Source: an uncultured Gammaproteobacteria bacterium (GTDB taxonomy: Bacteria; Pseudomonadota; Gammaproteobacteria; Pseudomonadales; Endozoicomonadaceae). Taken from it: a stretch of 24,000 nt of DNA. The notes under the pieces are model-generated. The model saw nothing but the letters and a program-made list of their open reading frames with translations, was not told the origin of the DNA and searched no databases. The position numbers and the translations under genes are program-made. Shown here piece by piece: positions 15,860 through 23,855 of this stretch. The stretch's first letter is position 1; every line of letters begins with the position of its first letter. The stretch spans positions 1-24,000 of the forward strand of contig CAKMZJ010000022.1 of assembly GCA_929200395.1 (NCBI GenBank), read 5' to 3'.

Positions 15860-17071
15860 TTATTTAGCTGTAGTTTCTGCTAGTTCTATTCTCCATATTA
15901 TAGAGGAACCAAGTTTATCGGTATATAATTTACTAAGCCCTTTATCTGTAAAAAACTCTTTAACATCTATAAAAGATTGTGGAGTATCAGTCTTGCTATA
16001 TGAATACATAGAATTTAAAGTACTAATGCTTGAATAAGTAAATGCTTGTTGGCATACTAATATCGATTCTCTTTCAGATAAATGAGCATAAATAGATAAT
16101 CTATAGTTTAAATCAGGATGGTTTTTATCTGAAGGTATAAAACCAATTTCTTGTTCGTTTCGAAAACGTTTTGGAATACTGTTTTCGGTTATCTTATTAT
16201 TAGTAAAATGGTGTGTTTCTCGGTTAACACTAAAATGATTATTTTTTTTTGTTGTAATAACTAATAAATGCTGTTCATTGATTGATACTGTTGCCTCTGC
16301 AGAAATAAATTGTATTTCTTTAAGATTTTGATTATCTAAAGGAAATTCATATATAGGTAGAGAAATTAATTCTAATTTCTTTGAAGTTACAAAATTATGA
16401 TTAACCTTTATACAAGATTTAGCTTGTTCTTTGTATTTATCAATATTAAATAATCTTTTACGAATAGCTAAAGAAGGAAATATAGAATTTTTAGTTTTAT
16501 ATTCAGCAAATTCTTCAGGACATATTTCTGTATGTTTTGCTAAATCTATTTGCTCTGTATCAGTTAATTTTGCTTTACATTCGGAGCATTGTGTTACGTT
16601 ATTGATGCTAGTTACAACTGATAATTTTCTGTCACTTAATACTTGTTTGCCGTTACAAATTTTTAAATGAGTTTCTATTTTATTAAAAGATAAAATATTA
16701 CCACAATTTTTAGGGCAAATAGCTAGAACATTACATTTCATGTCATTGATTGATTTTCTTGCTTGTATGTCTTCTATAAATTTAATATTTTCTGTTAATG
16801 AATCATTACACAAAGGGCAGTTAGAATTTTCATAATTAGCGGTGCATTTTCTACAAAACAAGTGTCTTTCATCTAGGGTTATGTTTATTTTATTACATAA
16901 AGATACAGGATCTTCAGGTATTTGTAAGCAAATTATACATTTTGGGAAAAAATTTTCGCTTGCTATTATGTTGACAGACGGATACTCTTTAGCAAAAGCG
17001 TTATTAGTAAAATTAGTTTGTAAGCTAGGTAAACCAGAAAGTTGACTACTCGTTAAAGTTAAGTTTTGCAT
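15860..17071 (-). CDS. TRAF-like protein: variant RING finger, two TRAF-type zinc fingers, MATH-like C-terminal domain (paralog 2)
   Basis: 403 aa, collinear with the 402-aa ORF. It has the same RING with the same insert (CIICLQIPEDPVSLCNKINITLDERHLFCRKCTANYENSNCPLC), the fingers CPKNCGNILSFNKIETHLKIC and CSECKAKLTDTEQIDLAKHTEIC, and the C-terminal PQSFIDVKEFFTDKGLSKLYTDKLGSSIIWRIEL. Confidence 0.8.
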   Translation of the reverse strand: MQNLTLTSSQLSGLPSLQTNFTNNAFAKEYPSVNIIASENFFPKCIICLQIPEDPVSLCNKINITLDERHLFCRKCTANYENSNCPLCNDSLTENIKFIEDIQARKSINDMKCNVLAICPKNCGNILSFNKIETHLKICNGKQVLSDRKLSVVTSINNVTQCSECKAKLTDTEQIDLAKHTEICPEEFAEYKTKNSIFPSLAIRKRLFNIDKYKEQAKSCIKVNHNFVTSKKLELISLPIYEFPLDNQNLKEIQFISAEATVSINEQHLLVITTKKNNHFSVNRETHHFTNNKITENSIPKRFRNEQEIGFIPSDKNHPDLNYRLSIYAHLSERESILVCQQAFTYSSISTLNSMYSYSKTDTPQSFIDVKEFFTDKGLSKLYTDKLGSSIIWRIELAETTAK

Positions 17072-17206
17072 ATTTATTCTTAGTATTCGATAAGTTGTTA
17101 TTAAAATGTGTCTATATGTTAGTAATTTAGAAATAGCTAATAAAATATAAATAAATTGTACCTAAAACTATATAGGTATTATTATTATAAAATAGTTAAT
17201 TGTTTT

Positions 17207-17237
17207 AGTTGAAGATACGGGTTTTTAGCAAGTAATT
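17207..17237 (+). repeat. Copy B of a short dispersed intergenic motif
   Basis: AGTTGAAGATACGGGTTTTTAGCAAGTAATT matches 69-99 (AGTTGGAAATGCGGGTTTTCAGCAAGTGATT) at 26 of 31 positions without gaps. It lies in the spacer between the 371-aa ORF stop and the paralog-2 start. Confidence 0.6.
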
Positions 17238-17245
17238 CAAATAAC

Positions 17246-18361
17246 CTAGTTTATTATCAGCCCTTGAACAACTGAAAACATAAGTTGATTACTAGTGTTG
17301 TCTATCAAAGCATACGCATCATGATCAAAAAAGACACCTACTTTGGTATCATCTATGAATAATGATTCCATAGGTACATATCCTGTTACAGTATTATAAA
17401 CTAATCTGTAACTAAATATATCATTGTCTGCGATATTATATTCTAGATGATAATTACGGCATCTATTTTTTCTAGTAGTTTCTTGCCAGGTATTTTTTAT
17501 TAGTTCAAAAGATTTATAACTATTTTTATGAAAAACTGCTAGCTTATCACCTTTATAGTTTAAACAGATACTTGTTATTAGATTAGAAGAATTATGATAA
17601 TATATTTTTTCATTTTTTTTATAGGGAGACATAGTAATAATTTGTACTGAAACCTTATCTCTGCAAACTAATATCGATCCGTCATTATTGTAGCATTCAG
17701 GAATACTAATACAATTATCTATACTATATTCAACATTCCAATTATTATTATTTTCACTGATAACACATAAATTCTTGTTTTTTAATAAAGCAATAACTTT
17801 ATTGTTATATTGATTTAAACAAATACCCTCTATTTCATCATTTAATTCAAGATTACATATGTCATCTTTTAAATTACTAGTATTTTTGCACTTACTAGGA
17901 ATATCAACTATTTGTAATTTATTATTAGAAAAATTAGCTACTGTTATAGTGTCTTCTGCTTTAGTAGCAGATAGACATTTAGCTGCAAATGGTAATTTTT
18001 TAGTATTTCTGTTTTTTATTGCATAAACCTTATGCTGTTTTTTACCTTTAGAAAAATTAATATTATGCAACTCAGTGTTATTTTTATTTTCTGTAATGAC
18101 AAATAATTTATCGCTAGTTTGACTAAAGCACATATCGCATATTTTATTATTTTTAGAATGCTTAAAAAAATATGAAGGTTCATCAGAAGGCTCTTGTCTA
18201 CTATTGTTTTTAGATATACCAATTACGCTAATTACGCGATATGTAAAAAAATAACCTTCGTAAACTGAGGTAAAAGCTCCCCAATTATTATTAGGGCTAA
18301 TAGCTTTTTTCTCAAGTAATATTGGAGTTGATATAGTAGGTATTGTTTTAATATCTTGCAT
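17246..18361 (-). CDS. Orphan Asn/Lys-rich protein with recurring strand-like blocks (possible beta-propeller or repeat fold)
   Basis: 371-aa open frame. Recurrent blocks include ICDMCFSQTSDKLFVITENKN, DTITVANFSNNKLQIVDI, IEGICLNQYNNKVIALLKNKNLCVISE and ITSICLNYKGDKLAVFHKN. I see no recognisable catalytic motif. The fold call is an inference. Confidence 0.6.
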   Translation of the reverse strand: MQDIKTIPTISTPILLEKKAISPNNNWGAFTSVYEGYFFTYRVISVIGISKNNSRQEPSDEPSYFFKHSKNNKICDMCFSQTSDKLFVITENKNNTELHNINFSKGKKQHKVYAIKNRNTKKLPFAAKCLSATKAEDTITVANFSNNKLQIVDIPSKCKNTSNLKDDICNLELNDEIEGICLNQYNNKVIALLKNKNLCVISENNNNWNVEYSIDNCISIPECYNNDGSILVCRDKVSVQIITMSPYKKNEKIYYHNSSNLITSICLNYKGDKLAVFHKNSYKSFELIKNTWQETTRKNRCRNYHLEYNIADNDIFSYRLVYNTVTGYVPMESLFIDDTKVGVFFDHDAYALIDNTSNQLMFSVVQGLIIN

Positions 18362-18615
18362 ATTATTTTCTTAATTATTAAATTTTATTTTTATTCAAGT
18401 TAAGCATTTAAAAAACATATAAAGATTGTTTATATATATTTGCATTGTAAATTTAATATAATGTAAATTTTTACAAGCAATTACTTTATATTTTCAATGT
18501 ATGTATTTACAATTTTAACACTGTAACATTGTTTTTTTTATTTGCTGTAGTTTAACAGATACATATATTTTTAATTGGTTCAGTTTATTTTATATTTTTA
18601 AAAAATTAATGAAAG

Positions 18616-20190
18616 TTAGAATTTATCTGCACTAGCATATTGCCAGCATGCTTTGAATTGTTCAGGTACAGTTGCTTGCTTTAATAATGATGCGGTTTCG
18701 ATATAGTCATAAATTTGATCATAAGATTTAACTGTATTAGCATCGATGCGCTGAAAAACCATTTGTGGTTGCAGCTCACAAGCCGAGTTTAATCCCATAG
18801 CACCTATTATTTCTAAAAAGCTTTTTATAGTATTGTTGTGAAAGTTTTCTACTCTGTTTTTTTTATTATTTATATCTAATCCTCTTATTAAACGTTTATT
18901 TTGTGTAGCAACGCCAACAGGGCAAGTGTTTTTATTGCACTCTCTTGATTGTATACATCCTAAAGCCATCATCATTGCTCGGGCTGAATTACAAAGATCA
19001 GCCCCTAGCGCTATATAACGTATCATATCAAATCCAGTAGCGATTTTACCACTACAGATAATTTTAATTTTATCTCTTAATCCAAAGCCAACTAAACTAT
19101 TATGTACAAAAATAAGCCCATCTTTTAAAGCTGTACCTATATGATTAGAGTATTCCATAGGTGCTGCTCCAGTACCACCTTCAGCACCATCAATAGTAAT
19201 GAAATCGGGGTAGATTTCTGTTTTTATTATTGCTTTACAAATAGCAATAAAGTCAGATTTCTTACCAAGACATAGTTTAAAGCCAATGGGTTTATAGTTA
19301 GATAATTCACGTAATTTTTGTATAAACATACACATGCTTTCTGGAGAGTCAAAAGCACTATGAGATGCGGGAGATAATACATCTTTTCCTAAGGGAACTC
19401 CTCTTATTTTAGCAATTTCTGCGGTGAGTTTTTTTGCAGGCAATACACCTCCATGTGAAGGTTTTGCTCCTTGTGATAATTTAATTTCTATCATTTTAAT
19501 TGCATCAAGATTAGCCTTTTGCTGAAATAATTCTTCTGAAAAATTCCCTTCTGCGGTACGCACGCCAAAATATCCTGTACCTATTTGCATAATAATATCA
19601 CCACCTTGTTGGTGATAAGAGGTTAATCCGCCTTCGCCAGTATTATGTGCAAAGTTTCCTTGTTTAGCTCCTAAATTTAATGCAACAATTGCATTAGATG
19701 ATAACGAGCCATAACTCATAGCAGAGATATTTAGCATAGAAGCATTATATTTTTGCTTGCATTGATTTGAGCCTATAGTAACTCGAGCATCTGCACCTAT
19801 AGGTTTAGGAGCTAGGGAATGTAAGACCCATTCATAACCTTCTTCAGTAATAATAAATTTAGTACCAAAGCCAACGGTATCGTCTAAATTTTTAGATCTA
19901 GAATAGATAACATTACGTGTTTCACGGTTAAAAGGAGTTTCGCTTCTATTATTAGCAATAAAGTATTGCTGAATTTCTGGACGGAAAAATTCTAATATAA
20001 AACGCATATGACCTAGAACAGGATAATTTCTTAGAATAGAATGTTTTTTTTGAGTGAAGTCATGAAGGGTAATAAAAGTTAATACTCCGATGAATCCCCA
20101 AAACCATAAGATATTAGCATGCACAGATAATAAAAGTGCTAATATTGCTAATAGAACAACCCCAAACCCTAAATATAAATTGTGTCTCAT
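18616..20190 (-). CDS. FMN-binding glutamate synthase family protein (GltB FMN-domain-like oxidoreductase with N-terminal TM helices)
   Basis: 524 aa. Two N-terminal TM helices are followed by the GltB domain-2 hallmarks NISAMSYGSLS, EGGL, QGAKPSHGGVLP, ITIDGAEGGTGAAP and GKIATGFDMIRYIALGADLCNSARAMMMALGCIQ. A strong AAGGAGG RBS precedes the ATG. Confidence 0.9.
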   Translation of the reverse strand: MRHNLYLGFGVVLLAILALLLSVHANILWFWGFIGVLTFITLHDFTQKKHSILRNYPVLGHMRFILEFFRPEIQQYFIANNRSETPFNRETRNVIYSRSKNLDDTVGFGTKFIITEEGYEWVLHSLAPKPIGADARVTIGSNQCKQKYNASMLNISAMSYGSLSSNAIVALNLGAKQGNFAHNTGEGGLTSYHQQGGDIIMQIGTGYFGVRTAEGNFSEELFQQKANLDAIKMIEIKLSQGAKPSHGGVLPAKKLTAEIAKIRGVPLGKDVLSPASHSAFDSPESMCMFIQKLRELSNYKPIGFKLCLGKKSDFIAICKAIIKTEIYPDFITIDGAEGGTGAAPMEYSNHIGTALKDGLIFVHNSLVGFGLRDKIKIICSGKIATGFDMIRYIALGADLCNSARAMMMALGCIQSRECNKNTCPVGVATQNKRLIRGLDINNKKNRVENFHNNTIKSFLEIIGAMGLNSACELQPQMVFQRIDANTVKSYDQIYDYIETASLLKQATVPEQFKACWQYASADKF

Positions 20191-20210
20191 AACTAAATAC
20201 CTCCTTAAAT

Positions 20211-20230
20211 TATTAAGTATATACTTAATA
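20211..20230. promoter_or_regulatory. 20-bp perfect palindrome TATTAAGTATATACTTAATA next to the RBS of the GltB-like gene (candidate operator)
   Basis: Read directly, and the sequence equals its own reverse complement. It lies 21-40 nt upstream of the ATG at 20190 (minus strand), immediately 5' of the AAGGAGG Shine-Dalgarno. Confidence 0.45.
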
Positions 20231-20559
20231 ACTCAAATTACGCAGTAGAGAAAATTAGCCTATAATGAAGTAATGAATATTGAAATAATTAATTTATACT
20301 CAGATTGCTTAATTTCTTCTTTTGGAAAAACAACAGCAACTAGTATCTCTGAATTATTAAATGGTGTATATGCCGTACAATATAACAGTTTAGCATATAT
20401 TATATCTTCCATTTAGCGGCACTAGCCATTAGATAAGTATTCTGTTCTAAATGCGTAATAAGATCTTTAGTTTGTACCTTGTAAATGATTTTTTTTCATT
20501 CACAAGCTATATAATAGAGGGTTAAATTTAATGTAATCAATATAATTTTATTATAATAT

Positions 20560-20578
20560 GGGGAATTAAGAATTCCCT
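20560..20578 (-). terminator. Hairpin directly downstream of the 413-aa ORF
   Basis: GGGAATT (20561-20567) and AATTCCC (20571-20577) form a perfect 7-bp stem with a 3-nt loop. It begins ~14 nt past the stop at 20592 and is followed on the minus strand by an A/U-rich tract. Confidence 0.4.
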
Positions 20579-20591
20579 CCTTATTAATATT

Positions 20592-21833
20592 TTACAAGTT
20601 ACCTTCAATGTTATTTACTCTATAACATAACATAGTAGCTAAATCATAATCATTATATTGTAGCATATCATATGATATTAGTGCTTCCACATCAATAAAG
20701 TTTAGTATATTAATTTCTCTATGATATTCTCCATGTGTTATACGGAATACTCTTTCTCTCAAGCCACAGTTAATATCAAAAAATAATATTTCTACCGCGT
20801 CTACTTGTCGTGTTATTTTAAATGCGACCATATGACTTTCAGTGGTAAGTAGATATTTTTCTTGATGATTTATCGGGCTACTGTAATAAAATTGATGGCA
20901 TTGACGTTGTAAATATTGGGTAAGTGAATTTATAGAATGAAATGATAGATTATATTTAAGCATATCGGTATTCAAACTATGATCGCACACAGGAGGTAAA
21001 CCTCTACTAAAAAAAACGACTAGATTAATTGCATTACAGAGTTGTGTAAGCTCGCTACCAGTTTTATCCTTTAGTAAACTACATGGAAATATGTCTTTAA
21101 GTTGGATGCCTATATCTGATAATTTTGTATTTATGCTATAGTGTTTAATCTTACTTAAAGCATTATTAAAATAATCATCTAAACAAAATATATGTTTACT
21201 ATTTAGGTAATTTTTACATGCTATTAAATTTTCTATTGTCAAATTTTCGGTAAATAATTGTGTTTGTATGTTGAAAGTAGCAGCCAGCATTTTATTTATT
21301 TCAGAGTCAATTTGCTTATGGAGGTATTTTTGTTCATCAGAGCAAAAAAAGCTGGATGCTTTCTGTAAATTAAGTTCAAATAAGTTTAAAACATAAGAAA
21401 ATGACATATGCCTACAAAGCCAAGTATCTTCCTCCTTGATGTTAAAGTAAGTTTTTGTTTGATCAAGTTGGTTTTTAAGAGCATAGTAATTTAGTCTTAG
21501 AGTATCACATCTACTAGGGTTAGTTTCTTGTGAGATTTGATTAATCAAAAATTGCATTTTTTGCAGTATAATATTATATTCTTTAGAGTTTGTGAATGAA
21601 CCGTTATAATTAGTTGGGTTTGGGTTTGAAAAAAATGACAAAGTGTGAATAGTGGTTGTTCTATCAAGAATAAATTTCTCTAATTCCCGAAAATTACAAA
21701 ATACAGTGAATTCGTTATTAACCTGTACTTTATTCCCTATTTTATTCAGTGCAACTATTGACTCGATAGGTTTATCAATTTCGTATTTTATTGTTCTTGC
21801 AAAAGCATCTTGCTGTATAGTACTAAATTCCAT
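20592..21833 (-). CDS. Orphan protein with a possible Cys-His-Asp (papain-like) arrangement in the C-terminal third
   Basis: 413-aa open frame with AAGGA 9 nt upstream of the ATG. The candidate triad is C266 (TQLCNAINLV), H334 (TTESHMVAFKI) and D345 or D353 (RQVDAVEILFFDIN). This is a pattern-level observation only. Confidence 0.6.
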   Translation of the reverse strand: MEFSTIQQDAFARTIKYEIDKPIESIVALNKIGNKVQVNNEFTVFCNFRELEKFILDRTTTIHTLSFFSNPNPTNYNGSFTNSKEYNIILQKMQFLINQISQETNPSRCDTLRLNYYALKNQLDQTKTYFNIKEEDTWLCRHMSFSYVLNLFELNLQKASSFFCSDEQKYLHKQIDSEINKMLAATFNIQTQLFTENLTIENLIACKNYLNSKHIFCLDDYFNNALSKIKHYSINTKLSDIGIQLKDIFPCSLLKDKTGSELTQLCNAINLVVFFSRGLPPVCDHSLNTDMLKYNLSFHSINSLTQYLQRQCHQFYYSSPINHQEKYLLTTESHMVAFKITRQVDAVEILFFDINCGLRERVFRITHGEYHREINILNFIDVEALISYDMLQYNDYDLATMLCYRVNNIEGNL

Positions 21834-21847
21834 TTCTTTACATCCTT

Positions 21848-21884
21848 ATTGAAATACTAAATCCTAATTGAAATACTAAATCCT
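21848..21884. repeat. Tandem direct repeat (18-nt unit, 19-bp period, two copies) in the 5' leader of the 413-aa ORF
   Basis: ATTGAAATACTAAATCCT occurs at 21848-21865 and again at 21867-21884. On the coding (minus) strand this produces three spaced AGGAT elements, and the last is the presumptive RBS. Confidence 0.85.
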
Positions 21885-22148
21885 TAATTTATTTATGTGT
21901 AATCAAGAAGTTGCGATTATACCACAAAAAACTATTTATATCAAGTGGTTTCTAATAAAATAGGCGATATTTTTAAAGAAGTTAGGTGGTGGTTAAAGTC
22001 ACTACTACGTGGGAATAGTTAATAAATCGCTTGATTTAGTCGACACCATGAATAATTGAGATTGATAACAGAACTTTTTGATAAAAAATTTGTCTAACTA
22101 CAAGAATAATAGTATTTTCAATAGCCAAACTTAAAAGAATAGCACACA

Positions 22149-22808
22149 ATGAATATTACACCGCTACATAATCCACTAATAAATAACTCTCAAGAAATCA
22201 ATAACCCAAATGTTGCTTCTAGATGGGGTAGTAAAATTACTAGAATAATAACACCTGAAAACTGTGTACGAATCACCGCAGATACTTTAATCACTGCCGG
22301 ATCTATAAGCTCATATATGTTTTTATCAGAACATTATCCTATTACTTCTCTAATATGCGTTGCTATATCTCCATTCGCTATAGATATTGCAGGTAGACTA
22401 ATAACTTGTATATATAGTAGTAATTTACCTGAAAACCAAGAAACTAGTGATAGATCAGCTAATTTAAATAATCAGCAAGTTAGAATAATCACACAAATAA
22501 TTAGAGGAAATCATGGATCATTTGCAACGAAGTCTAAGCTAAAAACTAGACAATTAAAAATAAGCTATAATGAATTAACAGAACTACCTAATAATTACCA
22601 TTATAATAACTCTAAAGTATGTAACATAACTCTAGAACCTTTAGAACAGGGCGATACTGTTTGCTGTGATACCCATCTTTATAGTTTTAAAGCATTAAAA
22701 TTATATTATGAAAAACATATGGGTAATTTAATTCCTCATAATCGTCAACCTCTAGACTGGAACAAAGTTTATCAATTATCAACATACGGTATTGCTCCAA
22801 CTAGTTAA
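22149..22808 (+). CDS. U-box-like E3 ligase domain protein with an N-terminal bipartite hydrophobic (membrane hairpin) segment
   Basis: 219 aa. Residues ~156-210 (KVCNITLEPLEQGDTVCCDTHLYSFKALKLYYEKHMGNLIPHNRQPLDWNKVYQL) parallel the U-box pattern C.I..E.M.DPV....G.TY.R..I..W......CP.TRQPL. Two hydrophobic stretches occupy residues ~44-88 (TLITAGSISSYMFL and ITSLICVAISPFAIDIAGRLITCIY). Confidence 0.75.
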   Translation: MNITPLHNPLINNSQEINNPNVASRWGSKITRIITPENCVRITADTLITAGSISSYMFLSEHYPITSLICVAISPFAIDIAGRLITCIYSSNLPENQETSDRSANLNNQQVRIITQIIRGNHGSFATKSKLKTRQLKISYNELTELPNNYHYNNSKVCNITLEPLEQGDTVCCDTHLYSFKALKLYYEKHMGNLIPHNRQPLDWNKVYQLSTYGIAPTS

Positions 22809-23107
22809 CCTTAAAGTATTAGTAGTACTGCTAATAACTTCCTATTACATTTAGTAATCTAAGGCACGTTATAATTTTAATAACATGTACTTTCAGTAAT
22901 TGATTATATTTTTAGTATGTTTAATTATTTTATGTTTTTTATAAAAAAGGAATAAATTTAATATGTAACCTTGCTTTAAATACACGATATAACCTATAGC
23001 ATAAATTTTTATGTAGCTAAATACTAATTAGAGTGTGCTTTTCCCATTAAATAACGATTCTAGAGAGTTTTAAATAATAAGTAAAAAATTATAAAAAAGG
23101 ATTTTAG

Positions 23108-23755
23108 GTGGATGATATGGCAAGGTCAATAAGTAACTTTATTAATATTGAAGATAATATAAAGAATAAATCAGTAGAACCACAAAAAAAAACAGGTGCT
23201 TTCAATCGCAGGAAGGTCAATTTACAAAAAACTGATGCTAATTCTACACATGTAGCTAATAACCAGCAAAAACTTAAGACTAATGCAAGAAGCAAAGCTG
23301 TAGATTATGATGTTAAAAGTGTAGCTGGTCTTAATAAAAATTTTAAAGCTAAATTAGAAACCACTCTAGCAACTAAACCTAAAAAGACAGGTATGATTTC
23401 TCCTAAAAAAAATCAAGAGGCAATGTCTAATAATGCACATTTACAAACCGAAAATAAAACTACTAGCAAGCAGCAGGATGTAGCTCTCCAGCCTACAATT
23501 ACAAATACTTCAGAAGCTGGTGGGCAAACAAAAATACCAACAGCACCACCGGTTCCTCCTGTGGCAGAACATAAAAATAATAAATCTCTAAAAACTAATG
23601 TTAATTATCAAAGACAGAACAATTGGGATGAAATTCCAGTACCAGAACAAGAAAGATCAAGCCAGGGTACAAAAACTACTACTCCCAAAACTACACAATC
23701 ACAAAATATGCTAGATGAGCTATCCAAGGTTTTAGAAAAAAGAAAAAAATCTTAA
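23108..23755 (+). CDS. Basic, low-complexity Lys/Thr/Asn-rich protein with a proline-rich PTAPPVPPV patch
   Basis: 215-aa open frame. The start is either GTG 23108 (AAGGA 6 nt upstream) or ATG 23117 (AGGTGG 5 nt upstream). I recognise no family. Confidence 0.6.
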   Translation: MDDMARSISNFINIEDNIKNKSVEPQKKTGAFNRRKVNLQKTDANSTHVANNQQKLKTNARSKAVDYDVKSVAGLNKNFKAKLETTLATKPKKTGMISPKKNQEAMSNNAHLQTENKTTSKQQDVALQPTITNTSEAGGQTKIPTAPPVPPVAEHKNNKSLKTNVNYQRQNNWDEIPVPEQERSSQGTKTTTPKTTQSQNMLDELSKVLEKRKKS

Positions 23756-23855
23756 AATATAATTTTCTAGCAAATAATCTAAATTGTTGTACTTATTAGA
23801 TAGGGCTGGAGATCCCGTTCTTTAATAATTGTAGGGAGTCTCTAGCTGGATATGG

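Noticed and set aside
18016-18222. 68-aa minus-strand ORF in an alternative frame of the 371-aa gene
   Set aside because: It is wholly nested in a different frame of the longer ORF, and there is no independent support.
20273-20416. 47-codon plus-strand ORF (MNIEIINLYSDCLISSFGKTTATSISELLNGVYAVQYN…) whose pattern faintly recalls the N-terminus of ketosynthases (…hydrophobic-x-S-x-F/L-G…LL.G)
   Set aside because: It is too short and the resemblance is only a loose residue pattern. It could be a gene remnant in the 400-bp spacer, but I cannot support that without a profile or BLAST search.
21652-21852. Plus-strand 66-aa ORF, and minus-strand ORF 23104-23295
   Set aside because: They are antisense shadows of the 413-aa and 215-aa ORFs respectively.
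23690-23755. C-terminal NMLDELSKVLEKRKKS of the 215-aa ORF as a second WH2-like motif
   Set aside because: The spacing between the amphipathic helix and the LxKR(K) element is two residues shorter than in the WH2 consensus (LLxxIxxGxxLKKV). It is only a basic tail, unlike the convincing WH2 at 12912-12962.
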